From assembly GCF_009914755.1 (NCBI RefSeq), contig NC_060927.1: a stretch of DNA of 64,000 nt; one strand, written 5' to 3'. Below the pieces are notes generated by a model that saw nothing but the letters and a program-made list of their open reading frames with translations, did no database searches and was not told the origin of the DNA. Positions 26,481-40,016 of the stretch are shown here, in pieces. A program made the translations under genes and the position numbers. Within the stretch, counting starts at the first letter, position 1. Each line of letters starts with the position of its first letter. Origin of the DNA: the human T2T-CHM13v2.0 reference genome, Homo sapiens.

Positions 26481-26969
26481 TTCACTTTGTTACAAACAGA
26501 AAAAAAAAACCTCTCTCTGAATTGTTCGGAACATGAACCCCAGAATGGGTTTAATCAAGATAAACTAAACTGTGAGAAGAAGACCTTTATAAAATGTTCA
26601 TTAAGATGGAAAGATATGGGTCAGGAGAGCTGGGAGTTTGAGTCCTCGAGGGCACAGGAGTCACAGCATTTCAGGGGCAAAGTGGCAAAGAAAAATCCTC
26701 TAAATGGAACATTATAAAAGGTCAGCAGAGCAAGACAAAAATATATATTGCTGTCCATGTTATAAAAGCTGTCAAAAATCCAAGGCAGCGTCACTAAGAA
26801 GCCTCTTTCTAAAGGCAGATGCCTGGAGTGAGAATAAAACATTAACTCATTAACCTTTTTATTATAAACATGTTTATTAATTTCTTAAGAGAGAAGGGAG
26901 TTCTATGAGGGAATTGGACTTATGACAAATAAGTTGTGATGAGTTCAATAGAATTGAAAAAAGTGAAAC

Positions 26970-27760
26970 ACTTCTAATTCACTTAGCAAGACCTTATTGT
27001 GCACAAGCAATATGTAAATCATTGTTTATCAGTGAGAGCAATGCAAAACGTATGTGACATGGAGCTTCCCTTTAAGGAATGGTTAGTCTGGCAGCCTCGT
27101 GGACACTAAAGCATGCCTATAAATTCCTGGATATGATGTAAAAAGTGATAAGTGTGGTAACAGGCAATAGGCCATGGGAATATGGAAGACCAGAATATTC
27201 TCCTTTCTCTTTAGAAACATGGGCAATGATGGCACGGAGTAGAAGCTGTTAAGAAGAAGTTTAAAGGAGGCGTAATAATGGAGCTCTTAAAAAATCAAGT
27301 GGAGGACAAGTTCAAGGGCTAAAAAGGGACTTTGGGATCTGGAAAACAAATTATTAAAGCTACAGGATAAAGGTTAATTGGTTGGAGTGTTGAGTTAGCT
27401 GAACAACTGAAAAAAAAGTGAAGAGTGCTAGAAAAAAATATCAGTTTCAGTCAGACAGTGGAAGACATTGAATGCCTAGATAAGAATGCTGACATTTATT
27501 CTACATGAAAATGCTCACAAAGCTTTCAGGAAGTAGAATATTATTCAGAACAGTGCTCTGAAATGAACAATCAAGCAGTGGCTTTTACAACAGATAGGTC
27601 TGAGGTAGGTTGTAATGGCACCAGATGATAATTCATTGGCAAATATCTAATGGGGGCAACAGAAACGAATGAGAAGAGATAATAGATGGCCTCAAATTTC
27701 CAAGTATCTGACCAGATAGGGGCTGAGAACTGAAAAAAATGGAAAAGAGAAGTGTAAAAT
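26970..27760 (-). mobile_element. L2 remnant
   Basis: AATTCACTTAGCAAGACCTTATTGTGCAC and AGACAGTGGAAGACATTGAATGCCTAGATAAGAATG. Confidence 0.55.
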
Positions 27761-28649
27761 CAAAATACCAAAGAGTTGTTGCTAACTTCACAATAAAGAG
27801 CCAAAAGTTATCACTCCATGTAATTTCAAAAGCCTGCTCTCCCCCTGTGACATCCTAAAGGGACACATGGAAATAAGTTTTGAAATGGCATGTGGCCATA
27901 TGATTCATTGTCATACCTGGAAATTAGGACTCAGAGTTATGTTTTCTTTTCTCCTTTTTGCTATTTCTTTGAAGAGCTTTCTACAACCCAAATACTCTGC
28001 CAGTTTTCCAATGTATTTGTGAAATGGTGATCATGATTTTGGCTACCCTCATGTGGATTTAGAGAAGAAAATAAATTGAATTCATTTCTGCAATGCACGT
28101 TGAGGATTTCAGAGATTTTCTTTTATTTGAAGAAAAATATAAGCTTCTAAAATACTCGTAACAGCCAAGGTTGGGCAACTGAAATTGCCTTTTGCTCTGC
28201 GGAGACTGCGTAATATGAGCTGGAAGGAAAAAAAAATGATCCTGAAACCTGAGGTTTCACATCAACAACTGAAAAAAAAAAATCTAGAACATAAATTGTA
28301 GTTTTCTTGCAGAATATTTATAACAGCTCACTTGTAGTACTCCGGTCTCTAGCTGAACAGGGCCAATGGAAAAACATTTCTCGATTCAGCGTTTTGTTTG
28401 ATCCTTACTACAGAGTGATTGATCACAGCAATTTCTTTCACATAAACAAAATCCTCTAGACAAGCTTGTTGGAGACACTCAGGGCTATGAATACACTGCA
28501 GACCAAAAACTAATATTTTGCTTGCTGTGTTTAAACTCAGTGCCAATAGGGCTCAAATCACTTGTATCATAAAAGCAAAACTCTTTTAAGCATCCTGATT
28601 TAATTAGGTTCCAGGGAAAGGGCATTGCCTAAACATGTTTCTCCTGTAG

Positions 28650-29130
28650 AGAGGTATCTGTCTTTTCATTAGAGCCCCAACATACAAGCAACAAAACGTA
28701 TGGTTTAACACGGTGAGCATCTTTAATCATTAGGAAACTATCCAGCAACTAGCTCAGCTACCTCATTTTGGAGAGCAGAGAGCCGTATCGGGAAGGAAGA
28801 GAAATGGAGGACAGCATTTCCCGTGATCCTGAACATGTTCTCATATTGATGATGGTCGTTTCTGCCGCCGGAGTAGCCGGAATTGTAATTTGAGAGGAGT
28901 GTCATTTTCTGCAGATACAAACCTTGTGTAATCCTCCCATTTAAATGACATGATCCTGCAGGCTGATGATTTCATGGCCCACAATTTGTCACCTCCCCAC
29001 TGCTTGAGAGCGAAACGGTAGCTAAACGACAATCAATAGACTGATTTTGTCATGCCTGACTGTTCACCTTGTTTGAACTAATTTTTAGTTTGTTAATTGT
29101 GTTTTAATATGCCACCAAAGGGGGAGGTGA
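28650..29130. promoter_or_regulatory. Candidate conserved non-coding or regulatory element
   Basis: Non-repetitive. About 12 CpGs in ~335 bp (28697-29028) against a CpG-poor background. Confidence 0.35.
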
Positions 29131-29652
29131 TCATTATTTTTTTTAAAAAAAAGGAAAGAGATTGTCAAATGAGGTGAGGAGAGGGTGATTTAAGTGGGAT
29201 ACATTACAGAAAATCTATAAAGTCACCCCTGCTCCCTGGAGTAATTTCCATAGAGGAAATAAACTAGTTACATTTAATGTTTGTGTGCAAAACTGATTTT
29301 TTTTACTTCTTGTTAATATGCTTTATTTTTTCTATCAGGATTCAAATAATTGTAACTATGTAAACACCTATATATGTTACTATGAATAGATTTTTGTAGT
29401 TTCGATATGGAAATATAATTTTTCAGAGATAGTGAGCATTCAGTTAGTCACTGATTCATGTGTGGTAGAAGTCATGCCTGGTAAGATGTCATCTTTTCTG
29501 TTTAAGAATCTGTAAGTAGACTGGAAAAGAAAGGTTTCAGAGTTTTTTTGAATATCATGCTTTTTGGACAAAGACAAATCTTAAATATAAATAGACTTTA
29601 ATAAAGCTTTAGGACCCATTAATTAAATGTCACTTTCAAGATGCAGAAGTGA

Positions 29653-29960
29653 GGCTCAATGCAGTGGCTCACACCAGTCATCCCAGCACTTTGGGAGGCC
29701 AAGGCCAGTGGATCAATTGAGGTCAGGAGTTTGAGACCAACCTGCAGAACATAACAAAAGCCCTTCTCTACAAAAAATTATTTTTTAAAAATTTGCCAGG
29801 CATGGTGGTGCATGCCTATAGTCCTAACTACTTGGGAGGCTCAGATGGGAGAATTGCCTGATCCCAGGAATTTGAGGCTGCAGTGAGTTTGATCATGCCA
29901 CTGCATGCCAGCCTGGGTGACAGAGTGAGACCCCTAATCTCTAAAAAATAAAAAATAAAA
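29653..29960 (+). mobile_element. AluJ-type element
   Basis: Dimeric Alu with J-type features (TTTGAGGCTGCAGTGAG, GAGTGAGACCCC) and an A-rich tail. Confidence 0.9.
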
Positions 29961-31344
29961 TTTAATTTAATTTAATTAAATGATGTAGCAATAATACAGA
30001 TTAGGGTGTGGGTGCCTGGATTACCTCTGAGTGAAGGCGGCTTCTGGAGGTTCTTAATCCCCCAGTGATTACAGTAATCGGTAGTGTCCCTGGAAGATTA
30101 ACATACTATGGTATATGTCCTCTTTGAAACTGTTTCTTTCCTCTTTTGTTGGTATCTGAACATTAATATCTTTAGGATGATGACCGCATTCATCATCCAA
30201 ACTGAGAGGATTTTGAAAATGAAGGAAAAGAGTTATTAGTATGTATCCTGGGAATATTGACAAAAACTGGGGCAGTCCCCACCAAACTGGGATGTATGGC
30301 CATGCTAAATATCTGCTCTCTGGACTTTCAGGTGGTATGATATGAAAATTCACCCACATCTTTACATAAATATGGGAATCGTACAACTGGTTAAATAGAA
30401 TGTTTCTATATATGGTATGGTATGGTGGCAGGTGTGACAGAAAAAACTAGAAAGTGAAGAAAGAAGCATGTGAACATCTTTGCATAAAGAAACTGCCTAG
30501 ACTTTATTACTCATGAATGTAACATATTAGTGATTTCCAGAAACTAGATAGAATGAATGATCTCTAATAGAGAACCCTCCTCCCCCAATGGTTTTGTATA
30601 CTATTTTCTCAGGATACTTAATAATTTCTTTCTAAACTGCAAATGAGAAAATGAAGCATAAATATGGTCTTGACTTTGGCACACCCAATTATTTGAATTG
30701 TTGGTATCATTTTAAAATAAAATTGTTTTATATTCCTCTTCCTAAATGATTCAACCTCAAGACCAATTCAAGTGTTATTCAAATAATTTGAATATCTTTC
30801 ACTTCATCCCTTAAGAAGTACAACAAACCTATGGTTGGGTTGATGGAGAGAGATTGATGTCATGCCCCGACCTAGGAATCAGAGGTGCTAGCTAGGCTCT
30901 GCTCATTAGCTCAGAGACTAGAATGAGCTGACCTGCCTCTCTATTCTACCAGTTCCACTTCTAAGGGAGCCATTTGCTGAATAGCTGTGACCCCTTATTT
31001 ACAGAAAATTGCATCTGTAAAATGAACAAATGTAAAAGCAAAATGAGTCTGAACCAGCATCTCTGACTTTCTTCATATCATCAATTTTATGTTTAATTTT
31101 TATATATATAATCAAAGTTATTATTTCTTCTATTGAATAAGTTTTTACTGTTAGGAGCTTTGAATTTGTTGTCACAGTTGAAGCTATAAAAAGTTAATCC
31201 AGGAACATTTTTGTAATGTTACTTTTTCCTTAAAATATTTGAAACCTTATATATCTGATATACCCATCTTTCATTTTTTTAAATTTCCTTTCCATTTTGA
31301 GCAGAATCAGATATAATTCCTTCCATCCTCTCTTCTTTTATCCC

Positions 31345-31630
31345 TTACTTCACACAAATATTTATATAGTGTTTACTATTTTTCAGGCACTATTCTTGGC
31401 ACTTGGGATATATTAGGGAATAAACACTAATTCCACTGTGGAGGAGCTAATGTTCTAGTGGAAGGAGGAAGACAATAAATAGGGTAAATAAATATTGCAG
31501 GTTAGACAATAAGTGTGGTGGGAAAAAAATAGGACAGATTGGAGGATTCAGGAGTACTGGGTCAAGACGTGAGAGTATACATTTCAATTTTAAATAAGAT
31601 AAGCCCCACTGAGAAAATAACATTCAAGCT
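31345..31630 (-). mobile_element. L2 3' remnant
   Basis: ACAAATATTTATATAGTGTTTACTATTTTTCAGGCACTATTCTTGGCACTTGGGATATA. Confidence 0.75.
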
Positions 31631-31729
31631 ACATGATATTGTATGAGCAGGAGCTTTTTATTTTGCAATCAGCTGTATTGTTTCACATGGGGAAAACTAG
31701 AGATGAAACTCAATAATATGACATGGTTG

Positions 31730-31965
31730 AGATAATAAAATAACAAAAAATGTATAATATTGGGTGCTCTGGTAATGACTTTGCATGTGTCATTTTATTT
31801 AATCTTCATGACAATGTTATACAATTGGCACTGTTATCTGTCTGTGAGGAAAGTGAGACCAACAATAACCGACTTGCCCTGGGTCACACAGATAGTAAGC
31901 GGTGATTCCAGAATTTGTATCTAGGTAGTCTGATTCTAACTCTACTCCCTTAATTACTAGCCATG
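31730..31965 (-). mobile_element. MIR
   Basis: TTTAATCTTCATGACAA...GAGGAAAGTGAGAC...GACTTGCCCTGGGTCACACAG. Confidence 0.8.
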
Positions 31966-34052
31966 TTCTCTTGAGTTCTTTCATACCAAGGAAAATGTCG
32001 CTATTATTCCTGACGTATCTTCAATAACCTCAATAATTATTTTGCACTGTGTAGGGCCTTTGAAAAGATGGAGGACACACATTAACTTTCCAGGAAAGAT
32101 GGTGGTGCTCACATTTGATAAAATGAGAGTTTAACATCAGGAATGAAGAAGGCATGAGACTTCCTCTTCTCACTAAAAATGGGTTATGCGTGATTAGGTG
32201 TTTCTCACCCACTCTTAAGAGAAAAAGCATGCATGATTAATATGAATGGGGGTTCAAGTGCATATATCAAAGGGAGAAACATCCTCTTGCATTTTAAAGA
32301 TTGCAAATAAATATAGTTTAATCTGCTATACATAATTCATATTAGCAACAACCACCTCAAAATTAATGTCAGCCCATGTTAAGATTTGTGAATGACATCT
32401 CTAAAGCTTTGCTTCAGGCTATTCTCACAGAGACTGGTTAATGCCTTTATGGCTAATTTCCTGAGGCTTATTTTTTTGGTCTTTCCTGATGAAATATTAA
32501 GCTCTTTTTAAAAAGAGATTTATCTGATAAAAAAGTAAACCCTTGTTCAACCCGTTACATAGATTTTTCTTTAAGATAGGGTGAGGCTTTGAATAAAAAT
32601 TGAAAAGATTGCAGAGGGTTCAGTAACACTAGAGGATCTGTGAGATGTTTTTTTCTTATTGAACTTGACCTCTTACTGTTCAGCACACTCTAAATAAGGG
32701 ATGTTAATTTCACTCCCAAACATACTTTATTGCTTTGGATATTGAGAAGACTGTTAATCTGCTACTTAAAAAATCTCAGAAGGCAGGAAGTAATTGCAGA
32801 ATTTAACACTGAACAATATTAAACTCTAATTTGACTACTCATTCTGATATTAGGGGTTATTTCAAAAGTAAAGACTAGAAGTTCTAAGAGTAAAGAGATA
32901 AGAGTTGTGTGCTGTATTTATTCTTTCCTCTTCTTTTGGGAAGATGCCAGCACCCCTTCAGTAACAACGCAAGAGCGTCTTTTCAGACTTCTCTTTGCTT
33001 TTGGTAAAAACATTTATGTGTGTATCGAAATTTGAACATTCTCCCTGAAATGGTACTCAAGGAGATTTCTAATCATTCAAATAATCTCCTAATTTCTCTT
33101 ATTTCCACCTCAACGTTCCCAGGCCTTTCCTAGCTCTGTTCTTTTTATTTTGTTTTTTTTACTGTATTGGAGGAAAAAATGCCTATCTTCACTGCCAAGG
33201 CCAACACATTCATCTCTGCCAGAGCAGCATTCACTTCTAGTTTCCTCTGGGACATTACTCCCTTGGGTACCTATTTTCTTACTGGTGTTTTTTCACCTCT
33301 CTTTCTAATGATTCAAATCAGCTTCCAGGTATGCTCAGCCTCCCTACCCTAATATCATAATCCTTCTAAAGTATTTTTTCTCCTTAGTCCTTTTCTGCCC
33401 TCTCCTCTCTCTTCTCCTCTTGTATTTTCTCCCCTGTGTTCTATCCCTCCTCTTTATTTATTTTCCCTCACTTGATTGCCAAACTTCTCAAAAGTGCAAA
33501 CTGTGTCTACTTTCTTAGCATCCTGGCATATGAAACAACCATGGCCTTGGAGGTAAGATGACTGGGATTTCTTTCCTGATTCTATCTTCTGGTGTGTAAC
33601 TTTGACAAGGGACCTGAATTCTTTGGCTTGCAAATACCGTATTATATCCCTCTAGTTTCCAGTGATGGTTACACAAACTAATAGATGATAGAATCACATA
33701 TCATTTCTCTTGGAAGATAGCAAATTTTCAAGAAGTAATAACTAACATGTATTCTTCAGGGTACACCCTTCTCCTTTCCCCTAAGATGAGCTTTTTAAAA
33801 ATATCATCTGGAAAGGAGAAGAAAGAGTACAAAAGAATAAGTAAACATTAACAAAAAATACTGAGTGTACATAATACATAACGTAACAAAGCATTAGATG
33901 CAGGGAACTTGGGTCACAGAATAGACATTAGAAATTCCATTTCTTTTCTCAGAGCTATGATGCTGTGGCAATACATGTAGGAGAGGCAAAGTGATGAGAG
34001 AGAACCAGAAGCAGACTAAGATGAGGAATGTGGTTCTTCTAGGTTGTCCTAT

Positions 34053-34536
34053 TGTGATAGATGGTCTCACAAGATGTCCACAATTAAGTTTATTCCTCCC
34101 ATGTTGCTCCATGGAAAGATGGGTTTTCTTCCTCTCCCCTTGAATCTAGACTGCATTTGTGATTTGCTCTGACTAATAGAATATGGTAGTAGTGATAGTT
34201 CCAGGCCTGGACTTTAAAGGGATGGTGGCTTCAGGATCCTCCCTTGGCAGTGAGATGCCATGTTGTGAGGAAGTCCAAGCCAACCACATGCAAAAGCCAA
34301 CTGGGAAAGGAGAGATGACTGGCTATCCCCTAGTGGGGCCAGCCATTATGGCTGAGGTACTGCTCATGTGAATAAAGACACATCTTGTACTTTCCAGGCT
34401 CAGAAGAAAGTGGAGCAGAAGGACTATCTGGCTGAGTCAGCACTGATTCCCCAATGATTAGATATAATAAAGTGTTATTGATTCAATCCAGGAAGTTTTG
34501 AGGTAAATTTTTGCACAGCATTAGATAACAGACACA
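34053..34536 (+). mobile_element. MLT1G/H-like MaLR LTR
   Basis: TCCCCTTGAATCTAGACTG...TGACTAATAGAATATGG...GCACAGCATTAGATAACAGACACA. Confidence 0.7.
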
Positions 34537-34544
34537 ATTACTAA

Positions 34545-34972
34545 TGAAACCAGCCCAATTGTCCCATATAAATGATATTTACAGGTTTTTGAATCAACAT
34601 AGAAATTGATCTTCCTCATCTTAAAACTTGAAACATATCTGAGTTCCTTCCTAAGAAACCAACTCTGGGGCAAGGGAATGAGACTCAGCAGATCACCGCA
34701 TCCAGACAATGAAATGCCAGACCCCTCATCCATCATGATTGCTTCCTTACCCCTCCCTAATTCCTCTCCACACATAGCTACATCCCTTCCCCACTATATA
34801 AATCCTTCAACTTTAGTTGTTTGGGGAGATTATTTGAAACTGATCTGTCCCTGTGGCTGCAGCAGCTGATTAAAGCCTTCCTCCCTGGCAACATTTGTTG
34901 TCTCGGTGATTGGCTTTCTGTGCAGCTAGCAATGAGACTTAGACTGACACTAACACTAATATACTTCAGCAA
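34545..34972 (+). mobile_element. Solo LTR, LTR47-like
   Basis: Starts TGAAACCAGCCCAATTGTCCCATA. TATA-like CTATATAAAT at ~34794 and ATTAAA at ~34870. Confidence 0.7.
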
Positions 34973-35099
34973 GTCATCTGCATTTGCTGATCCATTCTAA
35001 TTTATCAAATGAGACAACTGAACTAGCTCATTGCAAACATGCCCCACCCAGCCTGAATTCTGGCCATCCATCAGTTTTGCATGTGCAAGTATTTTTACT

Positions 35100-35300
35100 G
35101 ATAAAAGTTAGACCCTGAGTTCAAAAAGTCTTAGAACTTCACTCTTATTTCCTTTATGACTTAAGTCCTCTCTCATCTGTCTTTTTCTACTTTAAATGAA
35201 GTTAATATCATGGATCAACTAGATTAAATGAGATAGTCTATGTAATACATAATTCTGGAATGTGATAAGTACACCACTTTCCATGCAAGCTCTTATTATT
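35100..35300 (+). mobile_element. MIR remnant
   Basis: AGTTAGACCCTGAGTTCAA...AGATTAAATGAGATAGT. Confidence 0.55.
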
Positions 35301-36739
35301 AATGAAAGAAAGAGGAGGTCCCACAGCCTGACCCAGAGTTGTGTACTCTGATCCACACCATCAGTGGAAAAGAAAGTGCCGTTTGTGAGTTCTAAAGATA
35401 AATGCTGTAGATGTTTTCCAACATGGTGACATCTCTGTGTTTCCCTCCTTAAAAACCTGATAATAATCTTCATACTTCTTTGGAAAACTTAATAGAATGT
35501 AATGTACTGAGGCATCACATCCTTAGTCCCTCTTAAATTTTCTTTGTTAGATAATCAGGGCAGAGTATCAGAAGTAATTAAAATTAAACTCTGCCTGAAA
35601 ATATGTTAATAAAAAGTATGATATGAGATTATAAGTATTGTTAAGCAAAAGTTTTAGAACTATGTAGAAAAAAAAGTACAGAAGACAGTGTTAAAAAAAA
35701 AAGAAAGGAAGGAAAGCATGGCTAGATAAAAAAGCTGAAGAAAAAGTTAAAGGACATATGGCTCTGTAGCCCACTACAAGTTTGCAAAATTCATTTCTTT
35801 TTGTAGACACAGCTTGATATAAGCTGAATCCTGACAAATTATTCTTTGTATTCAGAGTCACTTAATTTAAAACAATGTAAATTCAAAGGAAGAAGATAAT
35901 GTTCCTAACCTCACTGTGACCCCAGTCCAATTTTGCTACACCACCTCAAGCGAGTCAAATTCACAATTTACATGCAGGAAGTTAACCACAAAATTAGAGC
36001 AACTCTTTATAGGCCCCAAGGTTAAGCATCAAAGGCAGAAATCCAATTAAAATGTTATTTGGATTTTCCGATAGCAAACAATCTGGAAAACTTACCAGAT
36101 TATGAGAAGGATATGTATATGAAAGCTAGAGATTATGTCTTGCATAAATCAATAAATAAAATTTAAAAATGTTTATTCATTTCTTCAACAGAGATTTATA
36201 TTTTTGCAGATTACATACAAGATTTTTTAAAGAATTGTGGAGAAAAGATAAAAAATGACTTCAGCCCTCAACTTAAGAAGATAATAATTTTTAAAAGGTA
36301 GCTAAAACATTCAAATATCTATGATGGTAGGTAGGATATTAAAATTCTAGATGAGTGATGCACATAAAATGAGACAGCTGTTTAAGGGAGGAGAAACTCC
36401 TTCCAGGTTTAGGGATGGTAAGGATTGCAAATACTTGTATACAATATCTAACAAGTACATTAGACTTTGAAGATGCACACATGGCACAAGCACATTGTTA
36501 CACACAATTCATATTCATTTATTTCAGTCACTCAGAAGATATTTGTGCATACCTGCCTAGCTTTCACATGCTGATAAGACAGTCTCTTTCCCGAGCTGTA
36601 TAATATGTGAGTGGGAAGAAAAGGTGCTTTATTTAAATTAAAATTAAACTATAAGGCTGATTTGTAAAATATAAAAGCAAAAAACCTCAAATGAAGAGGG
36701 TAGACAGACTGACGAGTTAGCAAATAGAATCATCTATCA

Positions 36740-37250
36740 ATTAACAGTGGGGACCTGGATGTCAAGTTGCCCGGTTTGAATCCTGAATATACCACTTCCT
36801 AGCAAAGCTGAATTTAGTCATCTGTAAAATTGTGATAATAAAATTAGTAGCTGCTTCTTGAGGATTGCTATGAAGATTAGATACCGTAGTCCTCCCTTAT
36901 CCACGGTTTTGCTTTCCATATTTTCAGTTACCTGCAGTCTGAAAAGAGATGAAAAACTACAACAAGATATTTTGAGAAAGAGACCACATTTACATAACTT
37001 TTATTACAGTATATTATTATAATTGTTCTACTTTATTATTAGTTGCTGTGAATATCTTTTGGGGCCTAATTTATAAATTAAACTTTATTATAGATATGTG
37101 TATCTAGGAAAGAAACAGTAGTATGTAGGGTTTGGTCCTAGCCATGGTTTCAGGTATTTACTAGGGGTCTTGGGAAGTATCTCCTGCAGATAAGAGAGGA
37201 CTACTGTAATACAGTGCCTGGAATATAGTACGTGCCTGGAAAACTGAATA
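36740..37250 (+). mobile_element. MIR split by a MER44 insertion
   Basis: GGTTTGAATCCTGAATATACCACTTCCTAGC...CATCTGTAAAATTG, resuming after 37208 with ACAGTGCCTGGAATATAGTA. Confidence 0.7.
36884..37206. mobile_element. MER44A-like TcMar-Tigger MITE
   Basis: Terminal inverted repeats CCGTAGTCCTCCCTTATC / GATAAGAGAGGACTACTG, flanked by TA at both ends. Confidence 0.85.
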
Positions 37251-38461
37251 ATTGCCGACAGTATTAAGATTGATGTGAAACTACCTAGACCTGGAAGGGC
37301 TTGGTGGAGGTTCAGGAAAGAAGAAAATGTTTGAGCTAAGCTTAGAATAGTCTTTGGACTTGCTGGTCACAAAAGAAGAGCTTTGTTAAAACAAGGACAC
37401 TGTTGGAATTAGCAATCACTAAAGCTTCAAAATCTTTTAACTTAGAACCATTAGGTTCTCACTCATCTTTGGAATACCTCTGAGATTTACCTGCATTGGC
37501 ATTGTGTTCATCTTTTTCTTGATGGAATTTAGGCTCAGAGAATTTTAGAAACTCGTGAAAGTCAGAAAGGAAACTAATTTTCTAATTTTCAAATATGATG
37601 CCTTATACATCAACTAGAGAAATATACTCTCAATTTTAGTTTGCGAGGTAGACTCGAGTCTAAGTGATCCTTTCTTTGTGTACTACACATAACTAGTTAT
37701 GTCACTAAAAGACAAAAATAAGGAAATAAATAAATATATAAAATGAACGGTAATGTCTCTACCTTAATTCCCACATCAGTAAAACAAAGCTAAAAATTAT
37801 CTTTGCCTCTATATTTCTAAGTAATGTTTGATATAAGTATGAACCATGACATCTTAAATAAAAACCTGAGAGAATAAATGATCTAAGGGGTGCTTCCAAG
37901 GAAAGGTGTTATATAAATATGATATATTTTCATTAATAGCTATAAACTGTGAGTCCCTGAGAGGATGGGACCCTAAGCACTTCTGTTAAACCTCAATGAT
38001 CTTGTGAAGATGTGTCTGGTCATCACATTTTCTATAATACAAACAGTTAAAACACCAACATGATTAGAAGTTAAATTAACGATAATTAGAAAAGGCGATA
38101 CCAGGAATTGATTTAGTAATTCACCCTCTGAGATATCACTTGTATTGTGTTCAGTTTCTTAGCTTACCTATTCTATTTTCAAGTACCTTATTATGAGTTT
38201 ATTTCACTTCCCCCCAAAATAATAGATTTTAGCTTTGTACGTATTTGAAAATTTATAATCCATGTTTTGTGCATGTGTAACTCTCAGCTCACCAATATAT
38301 TTCATTATCTGAAACAGCCTAAATCATTCCATATATGTATGTATTACTTTATAAATAATGCACATGTGAGAAAGTGAGGAGAGGCTGCAGATGTTCAGTA
38401 AAGTGCTTGGTTAGACGCAAACAATATTATGACTGGAAGAAACTCAACTAATTATCCAGTT

Positions 38462-38675
38462 CAGGGTTGGCAAATTTTTTTCTGTAAAGGCCACACAGTA
38501 AGTATTTTAGACTTTATGGGCCATACGGTCTCTGTCACCACTACTTGACTCTGCCATTGTACCATAAAAATAGCCATAGATAATGCAAAATGAGTAAGCA
38601 TGACATATTCCAACAAAACCTCATTTACAAAAACAGGCGGCCTGCCAAATTTGGCCCTAGGGCTGAAGTTTGCCA
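38462..38675 (+). mobile_element. MER58A-like hAT-Charlie MITE
   Basis: CAGGGTTGGCAAATTTTTTTCTGTAAAGGCC...GGGCTGAAGTTTGCCA. Confidence 0.85.
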
Positions 38676-39074
38676 TTGTATAAACTAATGCGACTCACCT
38701 ATTTCACGTGTGAGGAGATTAAGGCATAGAAGATTTAAGTGCCATTATTGGCTATTATTAATTGAATTTTCATGGGGAGAAACAGCTCTGTCTGCTAACA
38801 TTTTTATTCTGCTTTGTCAATGAATCAACCTTCCACAAGGCTTGCTGGAATGATCTTTATGAAATGCAGAGCAAGACGTGTCTTTTCTGTGTTTAAATTC
38901 CTTTAATAGATCCCTGACTTCCATGTGAGATTCAGTCTCCTTGTCTAGCGTATTTAGGATCTGTAATCATGAGATTTCTGATCATTGCATCGATTCCATA
39001 GCCTACTCCGTTTTGCAGGAAGGCTCTATTAAGCCCCCACAGTATGATAAACTGCATGACACATAGGAAGTGGT

Positions 39075-39170
39075 CCTATTTTATTCACTTTATCTCCCAT
39101 GTCTAACATAATGCTTGATACACAGTAGATCCTGAATAAATAGCTGGAAAATGAATGGATAAATTAAAAG
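39075..39170 (+). mobile_element. L2 3' tail
   Basis: ATGCTTGATACACAGTAGATCCTGAATAAATAGCTGGAAAATGAATG. Confidence 0.65.
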
Positions 39171-40016
39171 CTGAGATCAGAAAAGAGTTTTAAGGCAAAT
39201 TTGACAGAATACCTCCTTGCTTGGCCCTGACTAAAGTTTCCTGGGTCTCACCACGTGTTTATGGAAAATGAAAGGACTAGGATCAGAAACCCCCTCCCAG
39301 GTGACCTTCATCAGAGCTCACTTCATCAGCCTGTCTCCCTAGTAACCCATTTCTATATTAATGTCTGGTTACTCACAGGGCCCCATCTGTACCGCTCCTT
39401 AATTGTGCAAAAATATTCCACGAACTAAGTAAGGACATTGCTATCGTATTATCCAGCATGGTTTTCATCAGCTGGTCACACTTCCTTCTGCTTCTTCAAT
39501 GTCTCTAAGGAATTTGATTCTCCAAATGTTCAATTTGTTGTGAGGTAGCACAACCTAGAGTTACAACTTGTATTCCTAGGGCTATTACAGTGACTCACAG
39601 TAGGAGAGGATATTTTGATACCTGGATCACTGAACCCACCTGGGATGCTAATGTATATGTCCGTGTAATGTGTGGAATTACCATCACCAGAAGGTTGTCT
39701 TCCCCAAGGCAGTATCCCCTTCCTCCAGGAAAATGCAGAATTGTTATCACTGTAACTCCATACCAGCAGCATCCTTTCAAGGAAGGTCTCACAGTCTTAG
39801 CCAAAAAGAGCACACTGTGATGCTGATGACACTGTTTTTACTAAGCTAGACAAGGTTTCTTTTTAAAAATATTGGCCACCAAACAATGGGATTGTGCTTT
39901 CTTCTGCTTTTAAAAGCATGATTTTTTTTAACTATCTCCACTCAAGCTATTAAATTAACTGATTAAACATATTTATTAGCCAAATACTTCCTAAATCATC
40001 AGATTGATCTGGAGAC

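Noticed and set aside
28631-28840. p53 half-sites AAACATGTTT and GAACATGTTC
   Set aside because: Isolated half-sites 200 bp apart, not a paired response element.
39530-39820. Three overlapping ORFs in unique DNA
   Set aside because: Short, with no recognisable protein similarity and no convincing splice-site pair.
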